A DNA stretch of 64,000 nucleotides from Candidatus Aminicenantes bacterium (GTDB lineage: Bacteria; Acidobacteriota; Aminicenantia; Aminicenantales; JAFGBC01), in NCBI GenBank assembly GCA_022867325.1, contig JALHUR010000084.1:6084-70083 (forward strand). Reading direction: 5' to 3'. The translations under genes and the position numbers were made by a program. Within the stretch, counting starts at the first letter, position 1. Each line of letters opens with the position of its first letter. Below are positions 37,559 through 49,819 of the stretch, piece after piece. The notes beneath the pieces are model-generated. The model saw only the letters and a list, made by a program, of their open reading frames with translations, ran no database searches and was not told the origin of the DNA.

Positions 37559-38709
37559 ATGGACGTCGCCAAGCCTCATGCGGCCAAAACGCTCCGGACC
37601 TTCGCCCTGGCCTCGTTCCTGAACGACCTGGGATCGGACATCGTCTACCCGATCTGGCCCCTGTTCGTCACCCAAGTCCTGAAGGCCAACATGGCCGCCC
37701 TCGGGTTTCTGGACGGGCTGGGCGAAGCCCTCGTCTCCCTCTCCCAGGCCGCGTCCGGCTATCTTTCGGACAAGCTGCGCCGGCGCAAGATCTTCATCTG
37801 GACCGGCTATTTCTGCGGAGGGCTGTCGCGCCTGGGCTATGCCGCCTCGTCGATCTGGCAGCACCTTATTCCTTTTCGCGTCCTGGACCGCGCCGGCAAG
37901 ATCAGGGCCGCTCCGCGCGACGCCCTGATCGCCGACATCTCCGACGACGACAACCGGGGCCGCCACTTCGGCTTGCTCCGGACCATGGACAACCTGGGCG
38001 CCGTTGCCGGAATCCTCATCTGTATCGCCTTCGTCAGCCTGCTCGGCTACAAGCTGTTATTCGCTCTGGCGGCCCTGCCGTCTCTGGCCGCGGGCCTGCT
38101 CATCCTGACTCGGATCCGGGAACAGCGCCCGGACGGGCGGCGCGTTTACAAAGGCCTGTCCATCAAAGAACTCGGCCCGAATCTCCGCCTCTATGTCCTG
38201 CTTAACGCGATTTTCGCCCTGGGCGCCTTCAGCTATTCGTTCCTGCTCATCTACGCCAAGGGCGCCGGTTTCAAGGTCGTCTTCATCCCTGTCCTCTACC
38301 TCGTCTCTACGGCGACGGCGAGCCTCTTGTCCTACCCTTTCGGAAGGCTCTCGGACCAGATCGGCCGCAAGCCCGTCCTGTTTATCGCCTTCGGCCTGTG
38401 GGTCGCGGTCTGCCTGGGCATCCTGATCGGCCGAAATACAATCCTGGTTGCCGCTCTTTTTGTCCTCTACGGGGCCCACAAGGCGGCGCTCGACCCGGTC
38501 CAGAAAACCTTGGTCTGCGAGCTGTCCCCCTTGTCATTCCGGGCCAGCTGCTTGGGCGGGTTTCAGATGATCGTCGGGCTCTGCGCGCTGCCGGCCTCGT
38601 TCCTGGCCGGTATCCTCTGGGACCGGATGGGGATGTCGGCCCCCTTCATTCTAAGCCTGGCTTTGACGGCCGCCGCCTGCGGCCTGCTCGTTTTCGTTAA
38701 AGAGCGGCT

Positions 38710-38713
<4 letters not shown>
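37559..38713 (+). CDS. MFS transporter
   Basis: 384 aa, 12-TM-like hydropathy with MFS-type motifs. Confidence 0.75.
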
Positions 38714-40806
<2,093 letters not shown>

Positions 40807-40978
40807 GTCGATGCCTCCAAGTCCAACTCGGTAAAAGATTATACATAATACACTAAAACCGCGGCTCTTCTCAAGAACAAAACCGCAAAGTTGACTTCGG
40901 GCCGGAGGATGTGATAAGTGTTGAGCGTACAATGAGTTCGAAAGATGGAGTGAATCGGATCAAGGAGGGAGATCGTCC

Positions 40979-41632
40979 ATGAAAAACCCGAGGATCGCCG
41001 TCTGCGTCTTCGCCGTCCTGGCCGTTTCCGCCGCCTGCGGCGTGAATATGATGCCGTCCAAGGACGCCTGGTATACCCAGCATTATTTCGTGATGCAGGA
41101 CTTCGAACGCCAGGCCTATAAGGACTTTTCGCCCCAGGCGCGGATCGAATTCCAGAAAATTTTCTGGGAAGCCCGCGAGCTCGGCTCGAAGAAAGAGTTT
41201 GAAAAGCGGATGGACTATATCCAGAAAACCTACAAAAGGGACAACAGCCAGCAGCCCTGGAACTGCGACCGGGCCCGAATCTTTCTTCTCAACGGACCTC
41301 CCGCCTCCATCGACTATAAGCAGATGGACGACTGGGCGACCAACGTCACTCAAGGAGCGGCTCGCACCAATGCCTCGACCGACCGGTCAAACGAGGACAT
41401 CTCCGCCACCTCGGCCGAAATCTGGACCTATCCCTACAATAATCAGTTCGTCCAATATGCCTTCGCTTTTAAGCCGCCGAACGAATGGCGGCTGGCCCCG
41501 GCCGCTTTCGCCGGCAACAGGTTTATCGGAGCCCTGGAAGCCCTGAACAAGGAACAAGTGTACGGGGTATTGAATTTAGACCAATATCAACGCCGGATCG
41601 AAGAATTGAAGAAAATTAAGGACGTTAAATAA
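40979..41632 (+). CDS. GWxTD-domain protein (small secreted paralog 1)
   Basis: AGGAGGG RBS and signal peptide MKNPRIAVCVFAVLAVSAACG. Shares the block ...W.[SC][DE]..RI(Y/F)..G.P... with the two downstream GWxTD paralogs. Confidence 0.55.
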   Translation: MKNPRIAVCVFAVLAVSAACGVNMMPSKDAWYTQHYFVMQDFERQAYKDFSPQARIEFQKIFWEARELGSKKEFEKRMDYIQKTYKRDNSQQPWNCDRARIFLLNGPPASIDYKQMDDWATNVTQGAARTNASTDRSNEDISATSAEIWTYPYNNQFVQYAFAFKPPNEWRLAPAAFAGNRFIGALEALNKEQVYGVLNLDQYQRRIEELKKIKDVK

Positions 41633-41645
41633 CGCTCGATTGTTT

Positions 41646-41808
41646 TAATCCCCTTCGAGGGATTCCACGGACGTTAGTCCATGGAGGAACCCCCTTTCGG
41701 GGGCTGGCAGCGATTTTGCAGTGCCCTTGAACCGGAAACGGTTCGTGTGCGCGCTCCGACGCCTGCAAAGGGTAGATCCCATGGACGTAAGTCCGTGGAG
41801 CTTCAGTA
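41646..41808 (+). repeat. palindromic mosaic repeat, family B copy 2
   Basis: Begins 14 nt after the GWxTD1 stop. attccacggacgttagtccatggag ... gaaccgGAAAcggttc ... gcgcgctccgacgcctgcaaagggtagatcccatggacGTAAgtccgtggagcttcagt. Confidence 0.7.
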
Positions 41809-41914
41809 GATGTTCCAAGATTCATTTAATTGGATAAATACATTTTTTTGTATTTCGTTCCCCCCAACGTTTTCCTAAACTATTGAATATATTTAAATTA
41901 TCTTTCCAATTTTT

Positions 41915-41930
41915 TGGCATGAATATTGCT
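41915..41930 (+). promoter_or_regulatory. sigma-54 (RpoN) -24/-12 promoter TGGCAT-N5-TTGCT inside a 300-bp AT-rich island upstream of the TBDR-like gene
   Basis: ttTGGCATgaataTTGCTtaaa matches the TGGCAC-N5-TTGCW spacing exactly. Lies about 190 nt upstream of ATG 42120. Local GC is far below the window average. Confidence 0.4.
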
Positions 41931-42119
41931 TAAATAGATTTGGAAAGAAATGTTTAGGAACTATGAGAGAGGAGGTGAAACAAGCGGGGAATTAACTAAT
42001 CTGGTCAAAGGTTGGAGCGGTTCATTGCAGCCGCTCCTGGTGGGGGGAAAAACGAGTTTTGCTTCTATCCTCAATCCACCGATTGGGAAAGAAGGGTGAA
42101 AAAGGAGAATTTCCAGAGA

Positions 42120-45100
42120 ATGCGTAAATCATGGACTTTAGCTTTGCTTGCGCTCCTCCTGGTCGCCGGATTCGCTTCAGCCCAGGGCCGCCCTGAAGGC
42201 AAGTTCGTCGGCAAAGTCAGCGACGATCAGGGCAACCCGCTCCCCGGCGTCACGGTCGAGGCGATAAGCCCCAAACTGGTCGGTAAAGCGGCGACGGTCA
42301 CGGATCAGACCGGAACCTTCCGGCTGTTCCAGCTGCCTTCCGGGCTGTATGAAATCAACTTCACCCTGCCCGGGTTCAAAACGATGTCCCGTAAGGACGT
42401 CGTCCTGCAGCTGTCGCAGACCGTGACCCTCAACATCACGATGGAGCCGTCCACTCTCGAAGAGACGGTGACCGTCATCGGGATGAGCCCCCTGATCGAC
42501 GTCAAGAGCACGGTCAAGGGCCAGACTATGACGCGGGAAGTGTTCATGAAGCTTCCCAAGAGCCGGAACTTCGACGGCCTGCTGAGCACGGTCCCCGGCG
42601 TTCAGTATGACAACGTCGGAGGCGGCCTGCTGGTCGACGGCGCCACCGGTACCGAGAACATGTGGTACATGGACGGCGCCGACGTCACCCAGCCGCATAT
42701 CGGAACCCGGGCCCAGAGCGTGGTCATGGAGATCATCGAGGAGGTCAAGGTTACGGCCTCCGGGTACAATGCCGAGTTCGGCGGCTCGATGGGCGGCGTC
42801 GTCAACGTCGTCACCCGTTCGGGCGGCAACGCCTTCCACGGCGATGCCATCGGCTATTACGAGGGCAACAGCCGGCTGATGCAAGGCAAAGCCCGCGATT
42901 ACGGCCGCTGGAATCCCTACGACGACGAGATCTATGAGTACGTCAACGAAGACGACCTTTATTTTGACGGCGGCAAGAAGCGGGATGTCTATAATCGCTT
43001 CGAGGGCGTCTTCAACCTGGGCGGCTATATCATGCGGGACAAGCTGTGGTTCTTCGCCTCCTTCAACCCCCAGTACAGCCACCAGACGTTCGACCGGTAC
43101 TTCCTGAGCGAACAGGGCAAGCCGATTCATCAATTCAGGAGAAATTGGAACTGGTGGAACGGCCAGGTCAAGGTAACGGCGGCCCCGCTGGCCGGGATGC
43201 GCTTGAGCGCCAGCTTCGTCAACAATTTTTCCAAGTACAGAGGCGGGGGCAATAACGATCGTAGCGCGAACGGGATGCCGAGCCTCGCCGGCACGAGCAA
43301 CGCCACCTACAAATGGGACCAAGAAGGCTATGACTATCCCAACTGGAGCGCGGCCTTCCTGCTGGACTACAGCATCAGCAACTCCCTGCTGCTGAGCATG
43401 CGCGGCGGCTACCACATGCAGGACACGGCGAACCAGCAGATCAAGAACGACTTCACCACCTATTATTTCAACCAAAGCAACTACGGCTATAAGAGCGACC
43501 CGTTCTTCATTGCGAATCCCAATCTGCTCGGCTACGCCGGAACCGCCAACTATGGCGGCAGCACCATGATCACCGAACGCTACAAATTGGAGAAGTACTC
43601 CGGCAACTTCGACCTGTCCTACTATCTCAACCTGGCCGGCGATCACGCCTGGAAGGCCGGCCTGCAGTGGATCCGCGACGCGGAAGACGTCTTCAACGGC
43701 CGTCCCAAGCCTATGGTCAACATCTATTGGGGCCGCGGATACTACGGCCTGGCCAGCGGCGAGCCCGTTCTGGGCACCTACGGCCATTACGAGATCCGGA
43801 GCGGCTGGACGTCGCCCTACGGCTATGTCTGGAAAATTCAAAGAGACAGCTGGTCCCTCTATCTCCAGGATTCCTGGACGATCGGCAACAAGCTGACCGT
43901 CAACGCCGGTCTCCGGACCGAAAGCGAGTACATCCCGGCCTTCACCGCCGACACGGCCCTGGTAGGCTACCAGGCCAAACCCATCAAGTTCGGTTTCGAC
44001 AAGAAGCTGGCTCCCCGCCTCGGCGCCGTCTATGACGTCTTCGGCGATTCCACCCTGAAGATTTTCGGCAGCTTCGGAATCTACTACGACGTCATGAAGC
44101 TGTACATGGCCGAGGGCGCCTTCGGCGGCTTCAAGTGGAAAACCGACTATTACGAGCTGAACAACCCGAACTACCTCCTGATCGCGGCCAGCGGAACTCT
44201 GGATGATCGGGCCAGTCAGGAAGCGGGTGGACGGTACGTCGGCACCATGGATTGGCGCATCCCCTCCTGGGACACGACCGATCCCGACATGCTGCCCGTC
44301 TCCCAGAGAGAAATCTCGTTGGGCGCCGAGTACAAGCTCGCCGAGAACGTTTCCCTGTCGGCCCGCCTGGTCCAGAAGCACCTCATGCGGACGATCGAGG
44401 ACATCGGAGTCCTGACGCCGGCAGGCGAGATGTACTACAACGCCAATCCCGGTTTCGGGTGGTCTCGCAGCATCAAGAACGGCGGGAAGTTCGACGACAT
44501 GTACTGGGAGTGTCCCAAGGCCACGAGAGAGTACTACGGAATGAACCTCTCTCTCGAAAAGCGGTTCAGCAACAACTGGCAGGGCGGCGTCAACTACACC
44601 CTGAGCCGCGTCGCCGGCAATTACGGCGGCCTGTCGTCCCCCGACGAGGTCAACCGGAACTCCCCGAACGTCGAGCGCTATTTCGACCTCTGGTTCATGG
44701 CCTATGATCTGAAGGGCAATGTCCTCGACGGCCCGCTGCCCCAGGACAGAAGCCACTACGTCAAGGCCTACGGCTCCTACGCCTTCCCGTTCGGGCTGAC
44801 GGTCGGCGTCGTCGGCTATGCCAGAAGCGGCATGCCGTTGACAACCGAGCTCTTTGCCAACAACGTCTCGGGATATTATCCCAACCAGCGCGGCGACCTC
44901 GGCCGCGCGCCCTGGACGGTCTGGGCCGACGTGTACATGGAATACACGTTGAACCTCGGCCGGAACACCCTCAACTTCAACGTCCAGATAAACAACATCA
45001 CCAACACCAAGACGTGGCAGTGGTACAACAACCGCATCAACAGACTCTCCATGCGCATCACCGACGAGGAGATCCTGAGCAAGACGTTCGACTGGCAGTC

Positions 45101-45197
45101 CAGGGTCGCCGACTACTGGCCCAACGCTTCGTTCAACAAGCCGAGCTGGCAGTTCGGAACCTGGTCGGCCCGCGTCGGCACCCGGTTCTCGTTCTAA
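42120..45197 (+). CDS. TonB-dependent receptor-like outer membrane protein with N-terminal carboxypeptidase-regulatory-like domain
   Basis: AAGGAG RBS and signal peptide MRKSWTLALLALLLVAGFASAQG. CarbopepD_reg-like block GKVSDDQGNPLPGVTVEAISP...TGTFRLFQLPSGLYEINFTLPGFK. Plug-like region, then about 1025 aa barrel ending ...VGTRFSF. Confidence 0.75.
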   Translation: MRKSWTLALLALLLVAGFASAQGRPEGKFVGKVSDDQGNPLPGVTVEAISPKLVGKAATVTDQTGTFRLFQLPSGLYEINFTLPGFKTMSRKDVVLQLSQTVTLNITMEPSTLEETVTVIGMSPLIDVKSTVKGQTMTREVFMKLPKSRNFDGLLSTVPGVQYDNVGGGLLVDGATGTENMWYMDGADVTQPHIGTRAQSVVMEIIEEVKVTASGYNAEFGGSMGGVVNVVTRSGGNAFHGDAIGYYEGNSRLMQGKARDYGRWNPYDDEIYEYVNEDDLYFDGGKKRDVYNRFEGVFNLGGYIMRDKLWFFASFNPQYSHQTFDRYFLSEQGKPIHQFRRNWNWWNGQVKVTAAPLAGMRLSASFVNNFSKYRGGGNNDRSANGMPSLAGTSNATYKWDQEGYDYPNWSAAFLLDYSISNSLLLSMRGGYHMQDTANQQIKNDFTTYYFNQSNYGYKSDPFFIANPNLLGYAGTANYGGSTMITERYKLEKYSGNFDLSYYLNLAGDHAWKAGLQWIRDAEDVFNGRPKPMVNIYWGRGYYGLASGEPVLGTYGHYEIRSGWTSPYGYVWKIQRDSWSLYLQDSWTIGNKLTVNAGLRTESEYIPAFTADTALVGYQAKPIKFGFDKKLAPRLGAVYDVFGDSTLKIFGSFGIYYDVMKLYMAEGAFGGFKWKTDYYELNNPNYLLIAASGTLDDRASQEAGGRYVGTMDWRIPSWDTTDPDMLPVSQREISLGAEYKLAENVSLSARLVQKHLMRTIEDIGVLTPAGEMYYNANPGFGWSRSIKNGGKFDDMYWECPKATREYYGMNLSLEKRFSNNWQGGVNYTLSRVAGNYGGLSSPDEVNRNSPNVERYFDLWFMAYDLKGNVLDGPLPQDRSHYVKAYGSYAFPFGLTVGVVGYARSGMPLTTELFANNVSGYYPNQRGDLGRAPWTVWADVYMEYTLNLGRNTLNFNVQINNITNTKTWQWYNNRINRLSMRITDEEILSKTFDWQSRVADYWPNASFNKPSWQFGTWSARVGTRFSF

Positions 45198-45236
45198 GCT
45201 CGAGCTGAAGCAGGACACGCAGAAGTAGAAGCACAA

Positions 45237-45273
45237 ACCCCGTCCCGCCCTTCGGCGGGGCGGGGTTTTTTTT
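45237..45273 (+). terminator. rho-independent terminator after the TBDR-like gene
   Basis: ccccgtcccgcc-cttc-ggcggggcgggg followed by T8. Confidence 0.8.
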
Positions 45274-45286
45274 GTCGTCTCTTTCA

Positions 45287-45424
45287 CCCGTTCGCCGACG
45301 CTACGCCGCCCTGAAAGGCGGGGACGAGAAGCGAGGCTCAGGGTTAACTTCCGCGCTTCGGGGACAGGCGCTCCAACACCTGCAAAGGGCAGATCCCACG
45401 GACGTAAGTCCGTGGAGCTTCAGT
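45287..45424 (+). repeat. composite repeat: family A copy 3 fused to a short family B copy 3
   Basis: cacccgttcgccgacgctacgccgccctgaaaggcggggacgagaagcgaggctcagggttaac | ttccgcgcttcggggacaggcgctccaacacctgcaaagggcagatcccacggacGTAAgtccgtggagcttcagt. Confidence 0.7.
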
Positions 45425-45557
45425 TCGCTTGTTTCAGATTGCCGATTAGTAGCGAGAATCAGCGGGAGCCTCAAGGGGGTATAATTTTCGGCTACCGCAA
45501 AATTTAAAACGCTTCCCGCTGACGACCTATCTCATTGATATAAAATAAGATATGATT

Positions 45558-45596
45558 AAAGAAAACCGAGGAATCGAAAACGATCTCGGTCCGATC
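45558..45596 (-). terminator. putative terminator for the minus-strand sulfatase/TPR/GWxTD operon
   Basis: Minus strand: ccgagatcgttttcgattcctcgg followed by ttttctttaat. Confidence 0.35.
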
Positions 45597-45616
45597 TTAG
45601 CTGAAGCCCTCTTCCT

Positions 45617-47875
45617 TCACTTAGAGGGATTAGCTTCAAGCCTCTGAAGTTCGGCCCGGGCGGCCCGGATGCTCTTTTCAGGCTCGCCCCGCGGATCGTC
45701 CAGGTATAATTTCAGATAACGGACGGCCTCTCCGAAATCGCCCGTCTTACGGTAAGCGGTCGAAAGGTTATAATAAGCGGTAGGCGTGGGTTTCAGATAA
45801 ACGGCCTGTTTCAGGCTCTCGATCGACTTGGCGTAATCGCCGGAAAAGCCGTAGGCGATGCCCAAATACTGGAATAGGACCTGATCCTCCGGATAATCCA
45901 GGGTGAGCTCCTCGTAAGTCTCGATCGCTCGGTCGAGCCGTCCGCTCGAAGCCAGGTTGTTGGCGTAGCTCATGCGCAGGTACTTGTTTTCGGGCTCGAT
46001 GGCAATGGCCCGCTCGTAGAACGACCGCGCTTCGTCCTTGCGCCGCAGCGTATCCAGGACTCCGGCCGTGACCGTCAAGGCGTCCACATTCTTGGGGTTG
46101 ATCCTCAGAACCTCGGCCATCGTATCCAGCGCTTCTCCGAGGCGGTTGGTGACGAGATAGGTGTGCCCGAGTCGGGCCAGCAGGATCTCCGAGCCGGGGA
46201 TTTTTTTTATACCCGATTTCAGGGTTTGAACGGCCTCGTCGAATTTACCCCGGCGCGCCCGGCTCAGGGCCAGGTTGACGTAGGACGCCGGCGCGTCGGG
46301 AATGAGGTCCAGGAGTCGCTCATAGACGGCGGCCGCTTCGGCGTATCGCCCCTGGAATTCGAATCCCTCGGCCTGTTGAGTCAGACGCAGGACATCGGTT
46401 TTATCCTTGGGGTCGGGATAGGACGCGCGGGCGCCTCCGTCCGAGAAACTCGTGTATCCCAGCGAACGCAGGCGCTCCTGGACCTCGGCCGAGGGGGTTC
46501 GCCCCCCGGCCGACGCCAAGCCGGCGCCCGCCTTGACCAGCTCCTCCAGACGGGCATTCAGGTCCGAGGCCCGTTTGGCCGCCGAGGCGATGAGATTCCT
46601 GTTCTCGCCGGGATCGGCCGCCAAGTTGTAGAGCTCGGGCTTGGGAGCCCGGATGAACTTCCAATCCCCCCGGACCAGTCCGACGAGCTCCGACCAACCG
46701 TAGTTCTCCCTGGGATAGAAAGTTTCCAGATAAATGTCCAGGTCCTCGCGGCTTCGTCCCTCGATCGCGGGAATCAGGCTCTCCCCGGTCGTTCCGGCCG
46801 GCGCGGGAATTTCCAGGATATCCAGGATGGAAGGCATGATATCGATCAGCCGGACCCGGGATTTGACGACGGCCCGGGGAGGGATGCGATGATCGGCCAG
46901 GATTATCAGGGGGACCCGCATCGTCCCGTCATAGATAAAGATACCGTGCCCGGTCTCGACCTTCTCCCCGAAGGCCTCCCCGTGGTCTCCGGCCAGAACG
47001 ATCAGGGTCTTGTCCCGCAGCCCCTTCTCGGCGAGCTTGTCGACGACCCGGCCGACGTGAAAATCCATGAAAGCGACCTCTCCATCGTAGGGATCGGCGG
47101 CGAACTCCTCGCTGTAGGGCGGGGGGGGCTGGTAAGGAAGATGGGGGTCGAAAAAATGGACCCAAGCGAAAAATTGCGCATCGGCGTTCCGATCGAGCCA
47201 GCTCGAAAAAACGGCGCTGATCTGATCCGCTTTCCGCTCGGAGTTCAGCGGCTTGAAGGGAAGTCCGGTCTGAAAATTGTCGTCGTAGACGTCGAATCCC
47301 TGGCCGAGCCCGAACCTGGAATCGACCGAGAAGGAGGCTACAAAGGCGGCGGTCCGGAACCCCGCATTCTTAAGGACTTCGGCCAAGGTCTCCCACCCGG
47401 TCGCAAGCTCGTAGCTGCCGTTGTTGTGAACGCCGTGGGAGACCGGCGTCAACCCGGTCATGATCGAGCAATGCGAGGGGAGGGTCAGCGGAGCCGGGCA
47501 ATAGACGTTTTCAAACCGGACTCCCTTTCCGGCCAGACCGTCGATGTTCGGGGTCCTGCCCTTGGAATATCCGTAACAGCCGAGCCGGTCGGCCCGGGTT
47601 GTGTCCAGAGTGATGAGCAAAACGTTCAGCCGACCGTCCTTTTGGATTCGGGTCCGGCCGCCGGGACTGAAAACCACGAAAAGCGCTGCCGCCAGAGCCA
47701 TCACTCCGACGGCGATGAACGGGAGTTTCGAGACCGGGCGTTTTCGGGCCTCTCTCCCGCCGGCGAGCCGGGGAGCGGCCGGACCCGAGCGGCCGACCTG
47801 CGGACACGGCGCGCCGCTGGGATTGGGATCCGTCCGGCTCCTTCCGCGGCGGCGGGAGCGTCTTTTTTTTCCCAT
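45617..47875 (-). CDS. sulfatase-like hydrolase/transferase (alkaline-phosphatase superfamily) fused to C-terminal TPR repeats, N-terminal membrane anchor
   Basis: 752 aa. TM segment LPFIAVGVMALAAALFVVF. AP-superfamily core (LLITLDTTRADRLGCYGY...DHGE). No canonical CxPxR sulfatase motif. TPR-like C-terminal third. Confidence 0.7.
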   Translation of the reverse strand: MGKKRRSRRRGRSRTDPNPSGAPCPQVGRSGPAAPRLAGGREARKRPVSKLPFIAVGVMALAAALFVVFSPGGRTRIQKDGRLNVLLITLDTTRADRLGCYGYSKGRTPNIDGLAGKGVRFENVYCPAPLTLPSHCSIMTGLTPVSHGVHNNGSYELATGWETLAEVLKNAGFRTAAFVASFSVDSRFGLGQGFDVYDDNFQTGLPFKPLNSERKADQISAVFSSWLDRNADAQFFAWVHFFDPHLPYQPPPPYSEEFAADPYDGEVAFMDFHVGRVVDKLAEKGLRDKTLIVLAGDHGEAFGEKVETGHGIFIYDGTMRVPLIILADHRIPPRAVVKSRVRLIDIMPSILDILEIPAPAGTTGESLIPAIEGRSREDLDIYLETFYPRENYGWSELVGLVRGDWKFIRAPKPELYNLAADPGENRNLIASAAKRASDLNARLEELVKAGAGLASAGGRTPSAEVQERLRSLGYTSFSDGGARASYPDPKDKTDVLRLTQQAEGFEFQGRYAEAAAVYERLLDLIPDAPASYVNLALSRARRGKFDEAVQTLKSGIKKIPGSEILLARLGHTYLVTNRLGEALDTMAEVLRINPKNVDALTVTAGVLDTLRRKDEARSFYERAIAIEPENKYLRMSYANNLASSGRLDRAIETYEELTLDYPEDQVLFQYLGIAYGFSGDYAKSIESLKQAVYLKPTPTAYYNLSTAYRKTGDFGEAVRYLKLYLDDPRGEPEKSIRAARAELQRLEANPSK

Positions 47876-47919
47876 GGGACTGCCTGGTGGCGAGTGACGG
47901 CGGGCCGGCTCCGGACCCT

Positions 47920-48870
47920 TTATTTCTTGATGGAATCCAGGATGGCTCTGGCCTGGGCGGCCTTTTCGGCGTTGGACTCGAGCTTGATATACGCCTCGAG
48001 AGATTCGGCCGCCTTGGCCATGTCGCCCTTGTTGAGGTGGACGTACCCCATCTTGAGATAGGGATCGGGCCAGTCCGGCTTGATCCGGATGGCCAGATCG
48101 AAATACCGGACGGCCTCGTCGATCTGCTGATTGGAAAAACAGATCTCGCCCACGTTGTAGGCCAGATTCTCGTCCTGGGGATCGGTTTCGATCGACTGCT
48201 TGAAGTAGTTCTGGGCTTCGCTGAGGTTGTTCTGCCGCAAATAACAGAGTCCGACGGCGGCCAGCGCCTTGGCCGTCATGTTTTTCCCCATCGACGCGTC
48301 GTTCTTGGCCCGCTCGATAACCGTGTTGTAGTCGGCGATAGCTTTTTCGTATTCGGCCTTTTCCCGACGGCAGTCGCCGATATTGAGGATGACCTGATAG
48401 ACCGCGGGGTTTTTCTCCAAGAATTGCTCAAACATGAGGCGCGCCGTGTTGTACTTGCCGTCCGCGTAGAAAGCGTTGGCATCATCCAGGAGCTGCAAAG
48501 AGGAATCATCCTGAACCAGGCCGGACGACTTTTCGACCCTGGTCAATTTGACGTTCAGCCGGGGATTTTTGTCCAGCTGCCTGACGTAGTAGCTGACGCT
48601 AGCCGGCAGGTAACCCTCGGCGGAGGCCGTGATCGTCCAATTGCCGGTGCCGAGCCCGATGATCGACCACTCGCCCTTGTCGTTAGCGGTCGCTTCCTTC
48701 TTGACTCCGCCATCCTGCTGGAACTCGGCCAGGATCTTCGCGTCCGGGATCGGATTGCCGGCCAGGTCCTCGACGTTTCCGACCAGACGCGCTAATCCCA
48801 TCCCAGCCTGAGCCGAGGCGGTTCCGGCCGTCAGCACGACCGCGACCGCGATCGCGGCCGCGATTCTCAA
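47920..48870 (-). CDS. secreted TPR-repeat protein with carboxypeptidase-regulatory-like N-terminal domain
   Basis: Track ORF 47920..48903. Likely TTG start at 48870 giving signal peptide MRIAAAIAVAVVLTAGTASAQA. CarbopepD-like block LVGNVEDLAGNPIPDAKILAEF, then TPR repeats. Confidence 0.55.
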   Translation of the reverse strand: MRIAAAIAVAVVLTAGTASAQAGMGLARLVGNVEDLAGNPIPDAKILAEFQQDGGVKKEATANDKGEWSIIGLGTGNWTITASAEGYLPASVSYYVRQLDKNPRLNVKLTRVEKSSGLVQDDSSLQLLDDANAFYADGKYNTARLMFEQFLEKNPAVYQVILNIGDCRREKAEYEKAIADYNTVIERAKNDASMGKNMTAKALAAVGLCYLRQNNLSEAQNYFKQSIETDPQDENLAYNVGEICFSNQQIDEAVRYFDLAIRIKPDWPDPYLKMGYVHLNKGDMAKAAESLEAYIKLESNAEKAAQARAILDSIKK

Positions 48871-48916
48871 CCCGTTTTCATTTTCATCCTCTCCTCCCTG
48901 CACTCGGCGTTATCAA

Positions 48917-49819
48917 TTATAAAACAAGTTTCGCCTTTTTTTCAATGCGAGCCCCGGGAAAAACGTTAAGAAGCGTAATGCGGAGATCATACTCTCCCCG
49001 AGGAAGTTTGATCGGAACCTTGATTAGGTACGTCTCTCCGCGGATTTTCATGAATTCATCCTTGGAGAACGAGAGCGGATAGCTCTGCTCTTCCTGCCAA
49101 GCCCGCGCTCCGGCGGCGTCGGTCGCTTCGACCGAGAGTCGAAGCGTCGTCGTCATCCGGTCGCCGTCGAGATTGAGCCAGATATCCTTGTAGGGAAGCT
49201 TAACCAGGACGATGGCCTCCCCCGGCCCGGCCTTTTGAATTTCCAACAGCACGTCCTTCATCCAGGAATCCGAGCCGACCTTCGGCCTGAGCATGACCTG
49301 GGTCTTGGTCATTTCGCCGATCTGGGCGGCGCTCTGCGGATCGAGCCGGTAGTTGCCGGTCCAGTTGTCGTCGACGAACATGACGGGGAAGAAACCGTAA
49401 TACCAGACCTCGGTCGGTTTCCCATAGAAAGTGACTCCGCGCGGATAGGTCACCCGGTTCTCGGGCGGTCCGAGCGTAATATACAGCCTGCCCCGTTCGC
49501 TCATCCAGCCGGGTGTCGTCCCCTCCTTGAACAGGAAATTGGCCCCGTCGATCCGGGCGAAATATTCGATCTTGAACTCGTTGGCCTCGGTGTCCGGGTC
49601 GGGATCCCGCTTCTTCCAGAAATCCTCGCTAAAGGCCTTTCGGTCTTCCGGATCGGCCAAACCGAGGAAGGCCGTTCGTTCGTCTTTGCCGATCAGGTAG
49701 CGGACCTTGGACAGGAATTCCCTGCTTTCGGGGTCGAGAGAACCCAGCGCCGGCCGCAAGAAGCAGGCCAAGCTCAGGCAGATGCCCGCCAACACCAGCC
49801 CCCAACCTGTTTTCCTCAT
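48917..49819 (-). CDS. GWxTD-domain protein (paralog 2)
   Basis: Start ATG 49819 (MRKTGWGLVLAGICLSLACFL) forms an ATGA overlap with the upstream gene stop. Motif GTTPGWMSERGRLYITLGPP. Confidence 0.55.
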   Translation of the reverse strand: MRKTGWGLVLAGICLSLACFLRPALGSLDPESREFLSKVRYLIGKDERTAFLGLADPEDRKAFSEDFWKKRDPDPDTEANEFKIEYFARIDGANFLFKEGTTPGWMSERGRLYITLGPPENRVTYPRGVTFYGKPTEVWYYGFFPVMFVDDNWTGNYRLDPQSAAQIGEMTKTQVMLRPKVGSDSWMKDVLLEIQKAGPGEAIVLVKLPYKDIWLNLDGDRMTTTLRLSVEATDAAGARAWQEEQSYPLSFSKDEFMKIRGETYLIKVPIKLPRGEYDLRITLLNVFPGARIEKKAKLVL

